Under the pieces are notes generated by a model, which saw nothing but the letters and a program-made list of their open reading frames with translations, did not search any database and was not told the origin of the DNA. Made by a program: the position numbers and the translations under genes. From the NCBI RefSeq assembly GCF_018977255.1, contig NW_024704742.1, positions 111,044,001-111,108,000 on the forward strand: a DNA stretch of 64,000 nucleotides, written 5' to 3'. Numbering within the stretch: position 1 is the first letter of the stretch; each line of letters begins with the position of its first letter. Origin of the DNA: Callorhinchus milii (taxonomy: Eukaryota). Of the stretch, positions 12,739 through 25,106 are shown piece by piece.

Positions 12739-13334
12739 CTATGAAGAGTGAACAAAAAGAGAAAATAAAACATTAATTTACACATCAAATTACATTACAC
12801 ATGAAAGTGATCGCTCATCTTTATAGATAACGATAGCACATAAAAGCACATAAGCACATGAAGCACATGATGATCCTTCAGGGCATCATCTTTTAGTACG
12901 ATCATCGATAGATCAATATTCATAAATGTTCTTTCCAGTTGGTACATGTGGAACTGTGCCCTCAAAAGAATGAAAATGAAAAAGTTAAAAATGTTAGAAA
13001 GATAGAAAATGGAAGGAAAATAATTTCCTTCCTCAATCCCTATGCCTGGTCCCCTCCTTCCCCCTTTTCAGATCTTCCTCTATGCCCGTGCTTATGGTCA
13101 CCTCCTTCCCCCCCCCTAGCTTGGCATCAGGGTCTGCCACTGTTAACCACTCCAAGACATGAGAAGGGCATAGGGCATTATTTAAATGCAAGTTGTTGTT
13201 GTTGTTCCCTTTTTATTGTCTGATGTAGTAAAACACCTTCTCAGATTCTCAAGTGTAGCTCAGCTGTAAACATTAATACATGAATAGATTCACTGTTGAA
13301 ATGTGTGCTTCCATAAATATAATTATCTAAATTG

Positions 13335-13550
13335 ACACTCGAATGCAGTGCTGGGGGTGCACTGCATTGTTGGAAGTGCGATGCTTTGGATGAGTTGTTA
13401 AACTGAAGCCCCGTTTTCCTGTTGAAGTGAACATTAAAGATCCTATAGAACTATTTGAAAAGAGATGGGAGTTTCTCTCTCACAATGTCCTGCTCAAAAG
13501 TCTTTCGAATAAAAAAAAGGTAATTCACTTCATGGCTGTTTGTGGGGACA
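13335..13550 (+). mobile_element. DeuSINE-like fragment
   Basis: Deu-domain-like ggatgagttgttaaactgaagccccg...aaagatcctatagaactatttgaa. Confidence 0.65.
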
Positions 13551-14239
13551 CTACTGGAATACTACAATCTACAATACTGGAATTGTTTGTTCAGTTTGCT
13601 GCTAATGTTATAAACTGATTCTATGTTGCTTCACATTGTTTGTTTAAGTAAGCCTTAAATTCATAAGGAGAGGAGTCCAGTAAAATTATATTGATCTTTT
13701 ACAAAAAAAACTAAATATTTATAGATATTGTTTATAAATTAGGTTATTTTCTCATTCAAACTCAAAAACATGGAAATAGATGAGAGTGGTTTTGAAATCC
13801 TGGCCCATAACTTGAATATATTTTATATTTTTAGAACTTTATTCTATACTTTTAGCAGCAACTTGCTATTTCCTTGAATATAGAATGCAAATGTATTATC
13901 CCTCCAGCCAGATCATGAAATCCTGCACTAGATATCTGAACGCTGAGTGGAAATCATTCAGGAAACTGTGACTTTGTGGAAAAACTTCCCCATTCTTAAA
14001 TTTGCTTCAGAGAATTATTCAATATTAATCTGTCGCTGTTCCCAAGCCTGTAATCCCAGGGTACCCAAGCTCATTGCTTGAGTAATTACACTGAAATTGT
14101 ACGGAGCAAAACATTTCTAGTATAGAATATATGCATTTCTCACAATACGAATTTCAGTATGTGACAGATGTACAGTACGTAATATATAGTATGGATAGGA
14201 TGCAGCTGTTGCTGACTTAAGCATTTTCATATCCCTTCT

Positions 14240-14430
14240 GCTCCCCAATGGCTCAATCAGTAAATGAATCACTTAGAATGTTACTGGTTTCTTAGCAAAA
14301 CAGAATAAGAAAATCCCAGATTATATCCCTGGTCTATGATGAGCGAATTAATCTCACGCCAGTATTGTTGGTTAAAATGGAATAAAATCAGCCCAGCTTT
14401 CTACTCCTGCTCACTGTTATGTGATCCTTC
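14240..14430 (+). mobile_element. Ancient tRNA-derived SINE fragment (AmnSINE2-like)
   Basis: Similar to 38699-39015 (ctcccc...gctca; ccctggtctRtg; aaaatcagcc...ctcctg). Confidence 0.5.
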
Positions 14431-14451
14431 AGGGCATTCTGGAGTAACCAA

Positions 14452-14685
14452 TAACAACTTGCATTTATTTAGTGCCCCTCACGCAGGGTAGTGTCCCAGA
14501 GCGCTTGACAGTGGCAGAACACGACACCCAGCCAAGAGGAGGGGGGGTGACCGTAGGTACGGTCGAATAAGAAGGTTTTCAGCCGCGACCTGAAGATGGG
14601 GAAGGAAGAGGCACGGCGGAAGGATAGAGGAAGAATGTTCCAGTTTCGGGGCATAGTGGCTGAAAACGCAGTCACCCATAGTGGC
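14452..14685 (-). mobile_element. L2 3' fragment
   Basis: FSHYAPKL / FRSRLKTFLFD, L2 tail. Confidence 0.85.
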
Positions 14686-16339
14686 TTAAGGAAGTAGATG
14701 GAAATGCTCTGTGACAAAACATCTGCAAAATAAACAGTTGTAATAATTTTCACACAGTCATAAAACAATCAACTTCTATAAATTGTAGTCATAAGATTCA
14801 GCAAAAAGGAAGGATTGGACTCCATTATGATAACCCCCTAGAGTTGAATATCCCACTGATACTGTCCAGATGGCTCCATGAAGGAAGTGCCAGAGAGGCA
14901 TTGATGTCTCGTCTGTTTCCATTTTCACCTCCGTTCACCCACAAAGTACACATTACAAAGTATGTATTGAGACATCCTCCAGATGTGAAAGCCTCTGTAT
15001 CAAATGTAAGGACTATTATTTTATCCCAATCTGTACCTCAACCTGAGTTAGTGCTACCAACACAGGACAGATGGAGGAGGGTATGGGGTAAATAAGAATA
15101 TAAGTGAGGGAAAGACTTGAAGATATGAAAAGTGCTATATGAAATGCAAAGTTTATTATTATTTATCATCAGTAGTGCTCCCTTTTCATTCTTTATCAGA
15201 GTATCTACATCACAAATCCCACTTGTGTAAATAGCACCTTTAAGTTCAGACAACATTTAAATATTGACAAAAGTAGAGGTTATATGCCTAATTTTAAAGT
15301 CAGAAGGACTTTCACCGTTGCATTCAGTATTGAGAGTCACAGGCTGTCATCCCAGAGGTCACATAACAAGGAACGAGCACACAGTTAAGATTACCAAAAT
15401 GCTCAGTATTCAAACAGTTAACCAAAGAGTGTGTTAATACAGTACTTCCATTTCATAACAGCTAGTGCTGAGTAGGTTTAACTCTTAATGTGCCTAAATT
15501 AAACTCATGCAGATAATCACTTGTTGCCTTTCCAATTCTGACCTATTGTTTCCCCTGATTCTATCAAATTTTTGTCTCCGGATTTTCAATCGACAGGATA
15601 TTACTATTTTTGTCTTGCCATGTAATTCAGCAACAAGAACTTCTAAAAATGATGAGGATTTTTGTCATGTAGCTTTTCCTGTTTCCCCAATGCGTGTGAG
15701 AATAGCGGCAGAACTGATTACACCTAGATATAAGAGTTCACAGAAGCCAAGCATTGGACCCACGTGTAAAAAAACGCAATCCTTTTTTTTCCCATTGAAA
15801 TGAACAGAAGAGAAGTTGCTGGTCTATTTTCTGCAAGTATTTGATGTACATGAAACCAGGAAGTTTGGTTTAACAACTGTTTGGGAAGATAAAAGTATCC
15901 CTTACTTTGTTTAATTCTAAAATCATCCTAATCCAATGCAAACAATTTCAGTTCCCCGGCACCGCCACACCAGCTGCAAAAGCACCCATTTTCATCTGTC
16001 TCTAGACAATGGTGACCAAATGCTTAAAAATGTTTAATAAATGTTTCAGTGTCAGCATGTATTCTCAGTGTTAACCTTGGGTAACAGAAACGCCCTTCCC
16101 ATTTCAGTTCCTTTCCCTATGCCAATTTTGCATCATGCATGTGTCAGAAATGGAAATGTATATAGGTAAAATGACGAAAATGCAACATTTTCTGCATATA
16201 AAGTGATATTACTATTTTTGTCTCGTCATATAATTCAGAAACAAGAACCACGAAAGGCGGGAATTCAGTTCACTCTCTTGATATCTTTAAAACATTAATT
16301 ACATTTATTCAGTGTTCCACACCTTCACCTGCATCATGG

Positions 16340-17060
16340 AACAATTTACATTCAAATAGTGTCTTTCATGAGGAAAGAATGCCTCAAAGCACTTTACAAA
16401 GACTGATGAGGTGCCTGAGCAGGAAGGGAGCTGGGGAGTGGTGGGGGAGATGGCTGAAAGTGTGGTCAAAGAGGTAGGTCTTCAGTTGGAATTAGAAAGC
16501 AGAGAGGGTAGGAGTGAGGCATAGAGAGGGAGGGGGCAAAGTAGCTGAAGGCTCGCTCACCAATAGTGAGGCAGAGCAGGTGAGGGACATGAAGCAGGCT
16601 GCAGTTGGTGGAGCGGAGGGACCTGGAGAGGGAGTAGGGTTGCAGGAGATCACAGAGATAGGATGATGTAAGGTCAGGGAGGAATTTGATGTTGAGGACG
16701 AGGATCTTAAAATCAATCCACTGTGGGATAGGGAGCTAGTGGAGCCTGGCGAAATTTGGTGATGGACTTTTGGAGCCTAGTGCGGGAGAGCATACAAACT
16801 GTGTTGTGTGCTCTCAAGTATATGTAGTATATCCCTGAATGTGCAGCACCTTGAGACGTCCTCCAAACGTGAAAGATGCTATGTAAACGTAATTTGTTGT
16901 TGTTGGAGTGTGTGGATGTGTTGGAAATGGAGAGGCTGGTGAACAGTAAATTGGAAAAATCAAGTCTGGAGGTGTCAAAGGCATGCATTAGGGTTTTGAC
17001 ACTGTTTGGAATTAAGTAGTGGTGGAGGATGGCAATGTGCAGAGGTAGAACACAGCAGAC
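16340..17060 (-). mobile_element. Old L2 fragment containing a plus-strand L2/SINE tail (~16835-16905)
   Basis: KTLMHAFDTSRLDFSN motif, L2 tail at ~16345-16395. Confidence 0.75.
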
Positions 17061-17182
17061 TGGTGCAGCGCCTGGAAACATTGATGCACATCATGTATTG
17101 GTGCATTTCAGATTGAAAGAGTGATTATTAAATTTGTAAACCAAGGACTTGGAACAACTCTATAGAAGCTACTCTGATTCCC

Positions 17183-17446
17183 ATTTATCACGTCTTCCAG
17201 GTGTCTCAAAGCGCTTCACAGAATATACTGTAAAGTGAATTTACAGTATATTTTGTGGGTGAAACGCAGCAGCAAATTGCTCACAGCAGTGTTCCACAAA
17301 CAGTCATGGATTCAGTGACCAACTTATTATTTTTTAAAAGGAATTATTACCCAAAGGGTATTACCCTACCCTTTGATGCCAGGAATCAAACCCAAGTCTC
17401 TCAATTGCGAGGTAAGTGCTTTAACCACTGAGCTACAGGACTCCAT
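17183..17446 (-). mobile_element. tRNA-derived L2-tailed SINE
   Basis: Head (+ strand aaccactgagctacaggactcca), SINE core and tail. Confidence 0.88.
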
Positions 17447-18014
17447 GTGATTGAACCTAATTAGAGGCGGAATACTATTAATGGATATTTTTGCAGAACC
17501 TAGTCCTTGGTATAAGAACTAACTTAAAGAATTACTGAAAGACTTTGGAAAATATATTTGGTGGCAGTGAAAGAGAGAGAGGGAAAGATAAACTCTATCA
17601 TCCCATTAGGGACGTCCTCCCGACATGAAAGGCGCTATACAAGTGTAATTTTGTATGAAAATCTGTACAGGTTCCCTGGATCTTGTGAGTGTGAGAAAGT
17701 TTCGAGGCCAATCTGAAACTGCAATAAGAAATTTTTCATTTTTACTAAAGCTAAAAAAAAACACTGTGATCAACTATTATTTTCTTGCATAGAATTTGGG
17801 AGAACTTTGGACAAAACGTGCTCCCGTTGTAATTTTCTTTTGTTTCATTATTTTTCCCTAAACATTATATTGAGTTCATTACAGTGGCAAATTTGTGTAC
17901 AATAATGATCTCCTTTAAATGACTTGTACATTCAACTGTCAATACAAGGCACATAAGAAAAAATAAATCTACAGTGACAGGTTTACGCCTAGATAGTTAA
18001 GGATATCAGCTGGA

Positions 18015-18330
18015 TGAATGACTCAATGGGTATACATTAGAACCAACCCACAGGAGGGTTGAAACTTAATCTGGTCTGAATTAGATGATCTCAGATAGGG
18101 TGCACTGAGTTTCAAGAACTGGTCTCGTCCTTGAGGTGGCAGATGTGAAAAATTAGTTAGGGTTCCCCTTCTTATTGCTATCTTTTATTATTTATTATTA
18201 TTATTATTTGTGGCAGATGTCAGCTGAGGACAGAGTTAGGTGCTGCCCACTGTGTTGTCCTTGATCTTGAATAACCTGCCTACACTGGCTGTCTAGGGTC
18301 AAGATATGGAAGTGTAATCCAGCATTAGGA
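18015..18330 (+). mobile_element. Ancient SINE fragment (AmnSINE2-like)
   Basis: Shares gatctcag, agggttcc, tgaggacag blocks with 38699-39015. Confidence 0.5.
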
Positions 18331-18904
18331 CATTGAATTGAAACCAAAATCTCCTACCACGTTGTAGATTATTTACACATATTTTTTTCTTTCACACAAA
18401 TTGAGGCAATTTACTTTATTGCAAGCACTCCTCCTACACTATCTTGCCTTAACATTCCATTTGGCACAACATCAATGTGAGCAATGTAAGAACGGGTGTG
18501 GTCTGATAAATCAGCCATTGACTCCTCTGCTGGTCTCTAGGCAACAAAACACATCAGCTATGTAGGTTTTCAGAACTGTTATCCTCACATTATCCAAACT
18601 GTTGAACATCCAAAGTCCAAGGCTTTTTTTAGTTTTAAGCTATAAATCTCTGATAAGCCTCAATACTGATCTAGCCCATTCAGGGCTACTTTATCTTCTT
18701 TATTATAATAATCCTTGATTTCATACAGTGCCTTATCACGTCTTTGAGACGTCTAAAAAGCATTTCACAGAATATGTATAGTGGAGTGACTGTATATTTT
18801 GTGGGCGAAATGCGGTAGCCAATTTCGCTCCATCTCAATTAAAAGAAATCGCCCTTTAAAACTAGACGCAGCTAAGAAGAAGCAATATAAAAGATGATTT
18901 ATAT

Positions 18905-18982
18905 GTTCTGACGAAGGGTCATGGATCTGAAATGTTGACTCACTTTCATTTCTCCATAGATGCTGCCTGACCTGCTGAGTGA
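18905..18982 (+). mobile_element. Penelope-like element end with a decayed minimal hammerhead motif
   Basis: CTGACGA-agggtc-atg-gatct-GAAA-tgttgac followed by tctccatagatgctgcctgacctgctgagt. Homologous to 30708-30776. Confidence 0.7.
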
Positions 18983-19576
18983 GGAGTTACTATTTGATTG
19001 ATGTACTGGTTACTGCCGTTAATGCATTGACTTGGAACTCAATGGAGCCGAACACCTTACAATGGTACAAAAAAACCTCCCTAACAAACACAATTTTTTT
19101 TAAAATTTTACGATTTTAAATACTAAAAATAAATGTGCAAACATTTAAACTTTGGTAGGTTCTTGAGCTTTAACTAGTGCACAGAAGGATTGTGCTTGAG
19201 TTACTACATTTACCTATGTAAATATGATTTTAAAGAAGTTCAGTTTGGGCAAAATGTATTTTTGTCAACAAAATATTATCAATAAGTTACATTACAGTAC
19301 AATGTTATAAAATCTTCTTCTTGTTGGATAATGACCCTTAATTTTACTACTGCTCCCCTGGCTTCTTCCCTACCATCTCATGAAGATAAGACCTGCCTTT
19401 TCAGGTTTCCATTGGCCCCATGGAGTCTCTCAACTGAAGTCAGCTTCTATGAGTTATAGGAGTAGCTGCATGGTGAAGATAAAGACCAAAAATAGCTGGT
19501 GTTCCACAAGGTTGAATATCAATAATAAAAGTGAGTACAGCTCCCAGTGATCAGCACACGTTTTACACTATGGGGT

Positions 19577-20020
19577 GGGGTGAAAATTGCGGCTTGTGAG
19601 GTGTTAATTAACTTACCACTGAAAAAGGAAACCATTGATGTATTCAAATATTGATTGGTCTGTGGGTGTGTAGGAGCAACACCTCCCTTCTCCCACACAC
19701 CACAACCATTCAATAATGATTCCATCCAGACTCTGGCTATTCCATGTATTAGTTAATGAGTCACTGGCTTAACTCTTTAAAAAAAATTATGTTTCAAGCG
19801 ATGATCCATTAACCAACAGTCCAATCTACGAGTCAGGAGTCCGGCAAGTGTTGCAGTCGACTTCAGGACTTAACTATTTTGAATGGCTATGGGGGAAACG
19901 GAGGTAGGATTCACCTCCAGCACACCTCAAGTTGCTAATTTAACACTATGACTGGTTGGGTTTATCAATAATATGTTAATTTGCACCACTGGCTTTAATT
20001 AACATATTAATTTTCACCTC
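19577..20020. mobile_element. Possible old MITE
   Basis: 12-bp terminal inverted repeat ggggtgaaaatt / aattttcacctc (1 mismatch), subterminal gttaattaac / ttaattaac. Confidence 0.4.
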
Positions 20021-20193
20021 TATGTCTGCAACATGGATTTCCAGAATACTTTCAGCTGCTCTTTTATTTCAGTGCTGGTATGAAAACCCAAACCAATTCT
20101 ATAAGTATAATGACGGTACATATAACTATTCTTATTTGTGCTTTGAGCCATCCTCCCAAAGTGAAAGGTGCAATATAAATCTAAGATGTATTG

Positions 20194-21360
20194 AACAACA
20201 ACAACAGAATGCATTTATATAGTGCCCTTCACATTGGGAGGACATCGTAAGCCGCTGGACAGTCAAGAGCTTGGACCTGAGCTGAGGAAGAGGAATGCAG
20301 GACAAGGGGCTGGAGGTGGGAGGATGACCGAAAGCACGGGTCAAACAGTAAGGCCTTGCATCTTGGTTGACCCTCAACTATCCTTTCTACTCCACATCAT
20401 CGCCCGGCTCCGCCACTGTCTCACACCACAGGCGACGAAACCCAAATACACGCATTCATAATATCCAGTCTTAACTATGCAAATTCTCTGCTTGACGGCC
20501 TCTCCAACTCCTCCTTCCATAGGCTGTAGACCATCCAAAACTCTGCAGCTGTGTCCTTTCCCGCACCAGGCTCTGTGACCCTATCACCCCAATCCTCGCC
20601 CAACTCCACTGGCTTTCCATCACACAGAGGATACAGTTCAAGATCCTGGTTCTCACCTTCAAAGTCCTTCATGGCCTTGCTCCCCCTACCTCTGCAACCT
20701 CCTAAACCCCTATCAACCTGCCTGCTGCCTCCGCTCAGTGGACTCCGGCCTACTTCACATCATCCTCCTCACCCACTCCACCATTGGCGGGTGGGCCTTC
20801 AGCCACTCTGCTCCTACCTTCTGGAACTCCATCCCACAGTCCCTCCGCTTCGCCCACTCCCTTGCCTCCTTCAAGACCCATCTCAAGACCCTCCTTTTCG
20901 AATGTGCCTTCGATCACCCTGCTTCCTCCCCTGCCCTCCATCCTCCCCGATCCCAATCCCCAGCTCGGGTCCAAACACTGATTGTCCAGCACCTTGGGAC
21001 ATCCTCCCGATGTGAAAGGCGCTATACAAATGTAATTTTGTTGTTGTTGAGATGGCTCTTGAAGGAGGCAAGGCAGGCTGAGGCAAAGGGATGGTGGGGT
21101 AGAAAACCTTACCACTGATGATCAAGCAGGTTGGGCGGTGGTCATGGAGCAGATAAGTGTCTGCCAAATGGAGGGATTTGCAAATGGATTAGGCAATTTG
21201 CTCAAGGAACTTGTTGCGGGAAAGGACATGAGCTGGAGTTCTGAATAATCTGCATCTTGTAGAGGGAAGAGTTAGGAAATCTAGTAAGCGCAGTCAAGCC
21301 TAGACATAATGAAAGCATGGATGAGGGTCTCGGTGGCCTGAGGGGAAAAGTAGTGGTGAA
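20194..21360 (-). mobile_element. Old L2 fragment split by a younger inverted L2
   Basis: Minus-strand tail at 20194-20356 resumes after 21049 (gatggctcttgaaggaggcaagg) through PQATETLIHAFIMSRLD. Confidence 0.75.
20357..21049 (+). mobile_element. L2 3' fragment
   Basis: TIGGWAFSHSAPTFWNSIP...LKTLLF, (gtt)n tail. Confidence 0.92.
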
Positions 21361-21594
21361 GTGAGTTAGTTCCACCAAGCCTCTGCTGTTCTATGTCCGA
21401 CAATACCTCTAACAGAACAGTTATTCTATTGGTGAACATAATGAGATATGGGTTTCGGGAATTAATAATACCTATATTTGACATATATATCATTACCACC
21501 GAAACTTCTGAAGGCACTTCACAGGATTTACCGTAAAGTGTAGTCACGGTGTATCAGTAGGCGATTAGCTGATTTGCAGACAACAATGTCCATA

Positions 21595-21717
21595 TAGAAA
21601 ACAGAGTAGGGATAAACTAGAAAACAGAGAGTAGGGATAAACTAGAAAACAGAGAGTAGGGATAAACTAGAAAACAGAGAGTAGGGATAAACTAGAAAAC
21701 AGAAAGTAGGGATAAAC
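21595..21717 (+). repeat. 25-bp tandem repeat, 5 copies (TAGAAAACAGAGAGTAGGGATAAAC)
   Basis: Copies at 21595 (23 bp), 21618, 21643, 21668 and 21693 (one substitution). No spacers. Confidence 0.97.
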
Positions 21718-22349
21718 GGGTCCTTCTCAGATTGGCAGGTTGTGACTAGTGGAGTGCCATGAGGATCAGTGATCAGTTTTGGTCTCCCACCATCCCTCGG
21801 CCTTAACTGGTTACAGTCTACATCAATGACTTAGATGTATCTAAATTCGCGGACGATACAAAGCAAGATAGGAAAGTAAGCTGTGAGGAAGACATAAGGA
21901 GAATGCAAAGGGATATAGACAGGTTAAGTGAGTGGGCAAGAAGGTGATAGATGGAGTATAATGTGGGGAAGGGAAAAGTTATTCACCTGGGTAGAAAAAA
22001 TAGAAAAGCAGATTATTTTCTAGAGCGGGAGAGACTAGATAGTGTTAGTATTCAGAGGGATTTAGGTGTCCTTGTACACCAGTCATAGAAAGTTGGTATG
22101 CAGGTACAGCAAGCAATTAGGAAGGCTAATAGCATTTTAGTGTTTATTGCAAAGGGGTTAGAGTACAAGAGTAGGGAAGTCTTACTGCAATTGTATAGGG
22201 CCTTGGTGAGACTGCATCTGGAATATTGTGTGCAGTTTTGGTCTCCTTATCTAAGAAAGGATATAGTCGCCTTAGAGGGGGTGCAACGTAGGTTCACTAG
22301 GTTGGTTCCTGAGATGAGGGGGTTGACGTACAAGGAAAATTAGAAAAAT

Positions 22350-23598
22350 TTATAATATTAATCCTTCCATTTGATATAGCGTTTTCACGTCTTCTAGACG
22401 TCTAAAAGCGCTTCATAGAGTATACTGTAAAGTGAATTGACTGTATATTTGTGGGCGAAACGCGGCAGCCAATTTCGCACAGAAGTGTCCCACAAACAGT
22501 CGTGGATTGAAGTGACCAATTTATTATTGTTTTTTTTCTTGACGGATTATTATCAGGCGTGTTGAGTAGGGAAACTTGCCCAAGGTTTCACCCTGCCAGG
22601 AATCGAACCCGGGTCTCTATCTTTCTGCCTCCACCCTCAACTCCAGGACCACTGCTGTCCTGACAGACTGCCTGTCGGACATCAAGTCCTGGATGAGGGC
22701 AAATTTCCTACAGTTGAATGTGAACAAGACTGAGACCTCTTGATTGGCTCACACCAGTGCCTCAGCACCTCAGACTCTGGCAGCATCAACCTCCATGGTT
22801 GCACACTACAACTCACCAAGTCCGTCAGGAACCTAGGTGTCTTGTTCGACCCTCAACTGTCTTTTCTTCCCTACATCCAAGCCATGACCCACTCTGCCTT
22901 GCCTCACCTCCGTAACATCGCCTGACTCCATCTATACCTCATCCCTCACGCTGCTGAAACTCTTGTTCATGCCTTCATCACCTCGAAACTCAACTATGCA
23001 ACTATCTTGTTTGTCGGCCTTCCCAACTCATCCCTCTACAGGCTGCAGATAATCCAGAACTCTGCAGCCCATGTCCTTTCCCGCACCAAACTCCGTGACC
23101 CCATCTCCCCCATTCTCGTGCGACTCCATTGGCTCCCTATCCTTCAGAGGATCCAGTTCAAGATCCTGGTCCTCACCTACAAAGCCCTCCATGGTCTTGT
23201 CCCACCCTATTTCTGTGACCTCCTAACCCTCTACCAACCCGCCCGCTCCCTCCGCTCAGCCGGCTCCGGCCTGCTCCACGTCCCGACCCATCCACCCCAC
23301 TATTAGCGGGAGAGCCTTCAGCCATTCTGCCCCCAACCTCTGGAATTCCATCCCCCAATCACTCCGCCTCAACCCCTGCTTAGCCTCCTTCAAGTTCTGC
23401 TTCAAAACCCTCCTCTTTGACCATGCCATCGGCCACTCGCCTCCCCCTACCCCCCCCCCATGACCCCAGCTTGGGTCTGAAATGCTGTGCACTGTCCAGC
23501 GCCTTGGGACGTGTTCCCGATGTGAAAGGCACTGTACACATGTAATCTTCTTGTTGCTGTGAGGCGAGTGCTCTAACCATTGAGCTACAGGACTCCAC
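22350..23598 (-). mobile_element. tRNA-derived SINE inserted in CR1 and split by an L2
   Basis: Body 22350-22618, head 23558-23598. Flanking direct repeat aattaga at 22338-22344 and 23599-23605. Confidence 0.88.
22615..23557 (+). mobile_element. L2 3' fragment inserted in the SINE head
   Basis: LQIIQNSAAHVLSRTK...LHWLPILQRIQFKILVLTYKALHG, L2 tail. Confidence 0.93.
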
Positions 23599-23759
23599 AA
23601 TTAGAGATGGAGTTATAAGATCAATTAAAGGTGATCTTATACAAACCTATAAGTTTCTTAAGGGTCTTGACAAGGTAAATAGTGTGAGACTGTTTCCCCT
23701 GGTTGGAGAATCTAAAACTGAGGGTCATAGTCTCAGGATTAAAGGTCAGCCCTTTAGAA

Positions 23760-24076
23760 GTGGAGTCCTGTGGCTCAGTGGTTAGAGCACTCGCTTTGCA
23801 AGCGAGAGACCTGAGTTCAATTCCAGGCAGAGGGCGAAACCTTGGGCAAGTTTCCTTACTCCACACACCTAATAATAATCCCTCCAAAACTAAAAACAAT
23901 AGTAAATTGTTCATTTTCAATCTACGACTGTTTGTGGGAGATTGCTGTGCGCAATTGGCTGCCGCGTTCGCCCACAAATATACAGTCAATTCACTTTACA
24001 GTGTGTTCTGTGAAGCGCTTTGGGACGTCCTCCCGACGTGAAAAGCGCTATATCAAATGCAAGGATTATTATTATT
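23760..24076 (+). mobile_element. Full-length tRNA-Ala-like SINE with L2-type tail
   Basis: A box tggctcagtgg, anticodon arm ctcgc-tttgcaa-gcgag, B box gagttcaattcc, core tgtttgtgggagattgctgtgcgcaattggctgccgcg, tail gggacgtcctcccgacgtgaaaagcgc(tta)n. CR1 resumes after it. Confidence 0.93.
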
Positions 24077-25106
24077 AAGTGAGTTGAGAAAACATTGCTT
24101 CACTCAGGAATATGGAATTCTCCACCCCAGAAGGCTGTGGATGCTCGATCGTTGAACATATTCAAGATTGAGATCAATAGATTTTTAAAAACTAAAGGGA
24201 TTAAGGGGGTATGGGGATAGGGCAGATAAATGGAATTAGGCTAGAAGATCAGCCATGATCTTATTTAATGGCGAGGTAGGCTCGAGAGGCCTACTCCTGC
24301 TCCTATTTCTTATGTTCTTATAGTGAATGAAATCAATTTGCACACCACTGGTTGACTTCCATAAAAAGAGAGATCTTTATGGTGAAAATCAGAAATAAAT
24401 GATTTTAACGGTTCTTGAAGATACTGCACCACCAGACAAGTATTTAAACATTTGAGATTTATGAAAACAAAACAACGATAGGCATAATTTATACAATGGA
24501 AAAATATTTCTGAAAATCTATTGAAAAAGCCAGTTTTTTAAATCTGTTCTAAATGTAACTTTGATGTGCTCGTATTCCTGCATTCACTGTGAGAGCATTT
24601 TCCCAGAAGTTATTTGCATTCAGTGATCTGTATACACACTCCACCCTGTTTCTAAAGTAGTCCTCAGGAGTCAAGCAGTTGTGTTTAAAATAACATGAGC
24701 ACTGTAGGGAATATCTCACAATGCTGTACCAATTTGAACATGAAAAAGTCAAGAGCAAAGGTCTGGTAACCTGATGCCAGTGATGCTTTTTATAATAAAA
24801 GGTCAGTTCATAATGCTGTAAATGATGTGATATTGCTTTCAGCAGGAAATTCCAGAGGTCCACCAAACTAGTGTTAATTTTATAATATTATTTTCTATAA
24901 CATAAAAGTTATTTAGTTCTTCCACAGTCGCCTAAGTACATTTAAGGGACCATTGCTGAGCAGAAAATGAGTTAATTCACACTGCCTATAATTGAACCGA
25001 CCTTCTCAATATGATCTCAGGAGCTAGCCAGCAACATGACTCACTTTCAGAACATGGTTCAATTTTGAAATCTGTGCAGGGATTTAGTGCGATTCTCGTG
25101 GCAATT

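Larger units (their letters stand above)
21693..24320 (+). mobile_element. CR1 LINE, 5'-truncated, interrupted by two SINEs and an L2
   Basis: [50 protein letters not shown]1 3' end ctactcctgctcctatttcttatgttctta. Confidence 0.92.

Noticed and set aside
21595..21717. CRISPR-like array
   Set aside because: Units are head-to-tail with no spacers, derive from CR1 coding sequence, and there are no cas genes in this vertebrate DNA.
23760..23835. tRNA-Ala gene
   Set aside because: A/B boxes and anticodon arm are present, but the acceptor stem is imperfect and it runs into a SINE body repeated many times in the window.
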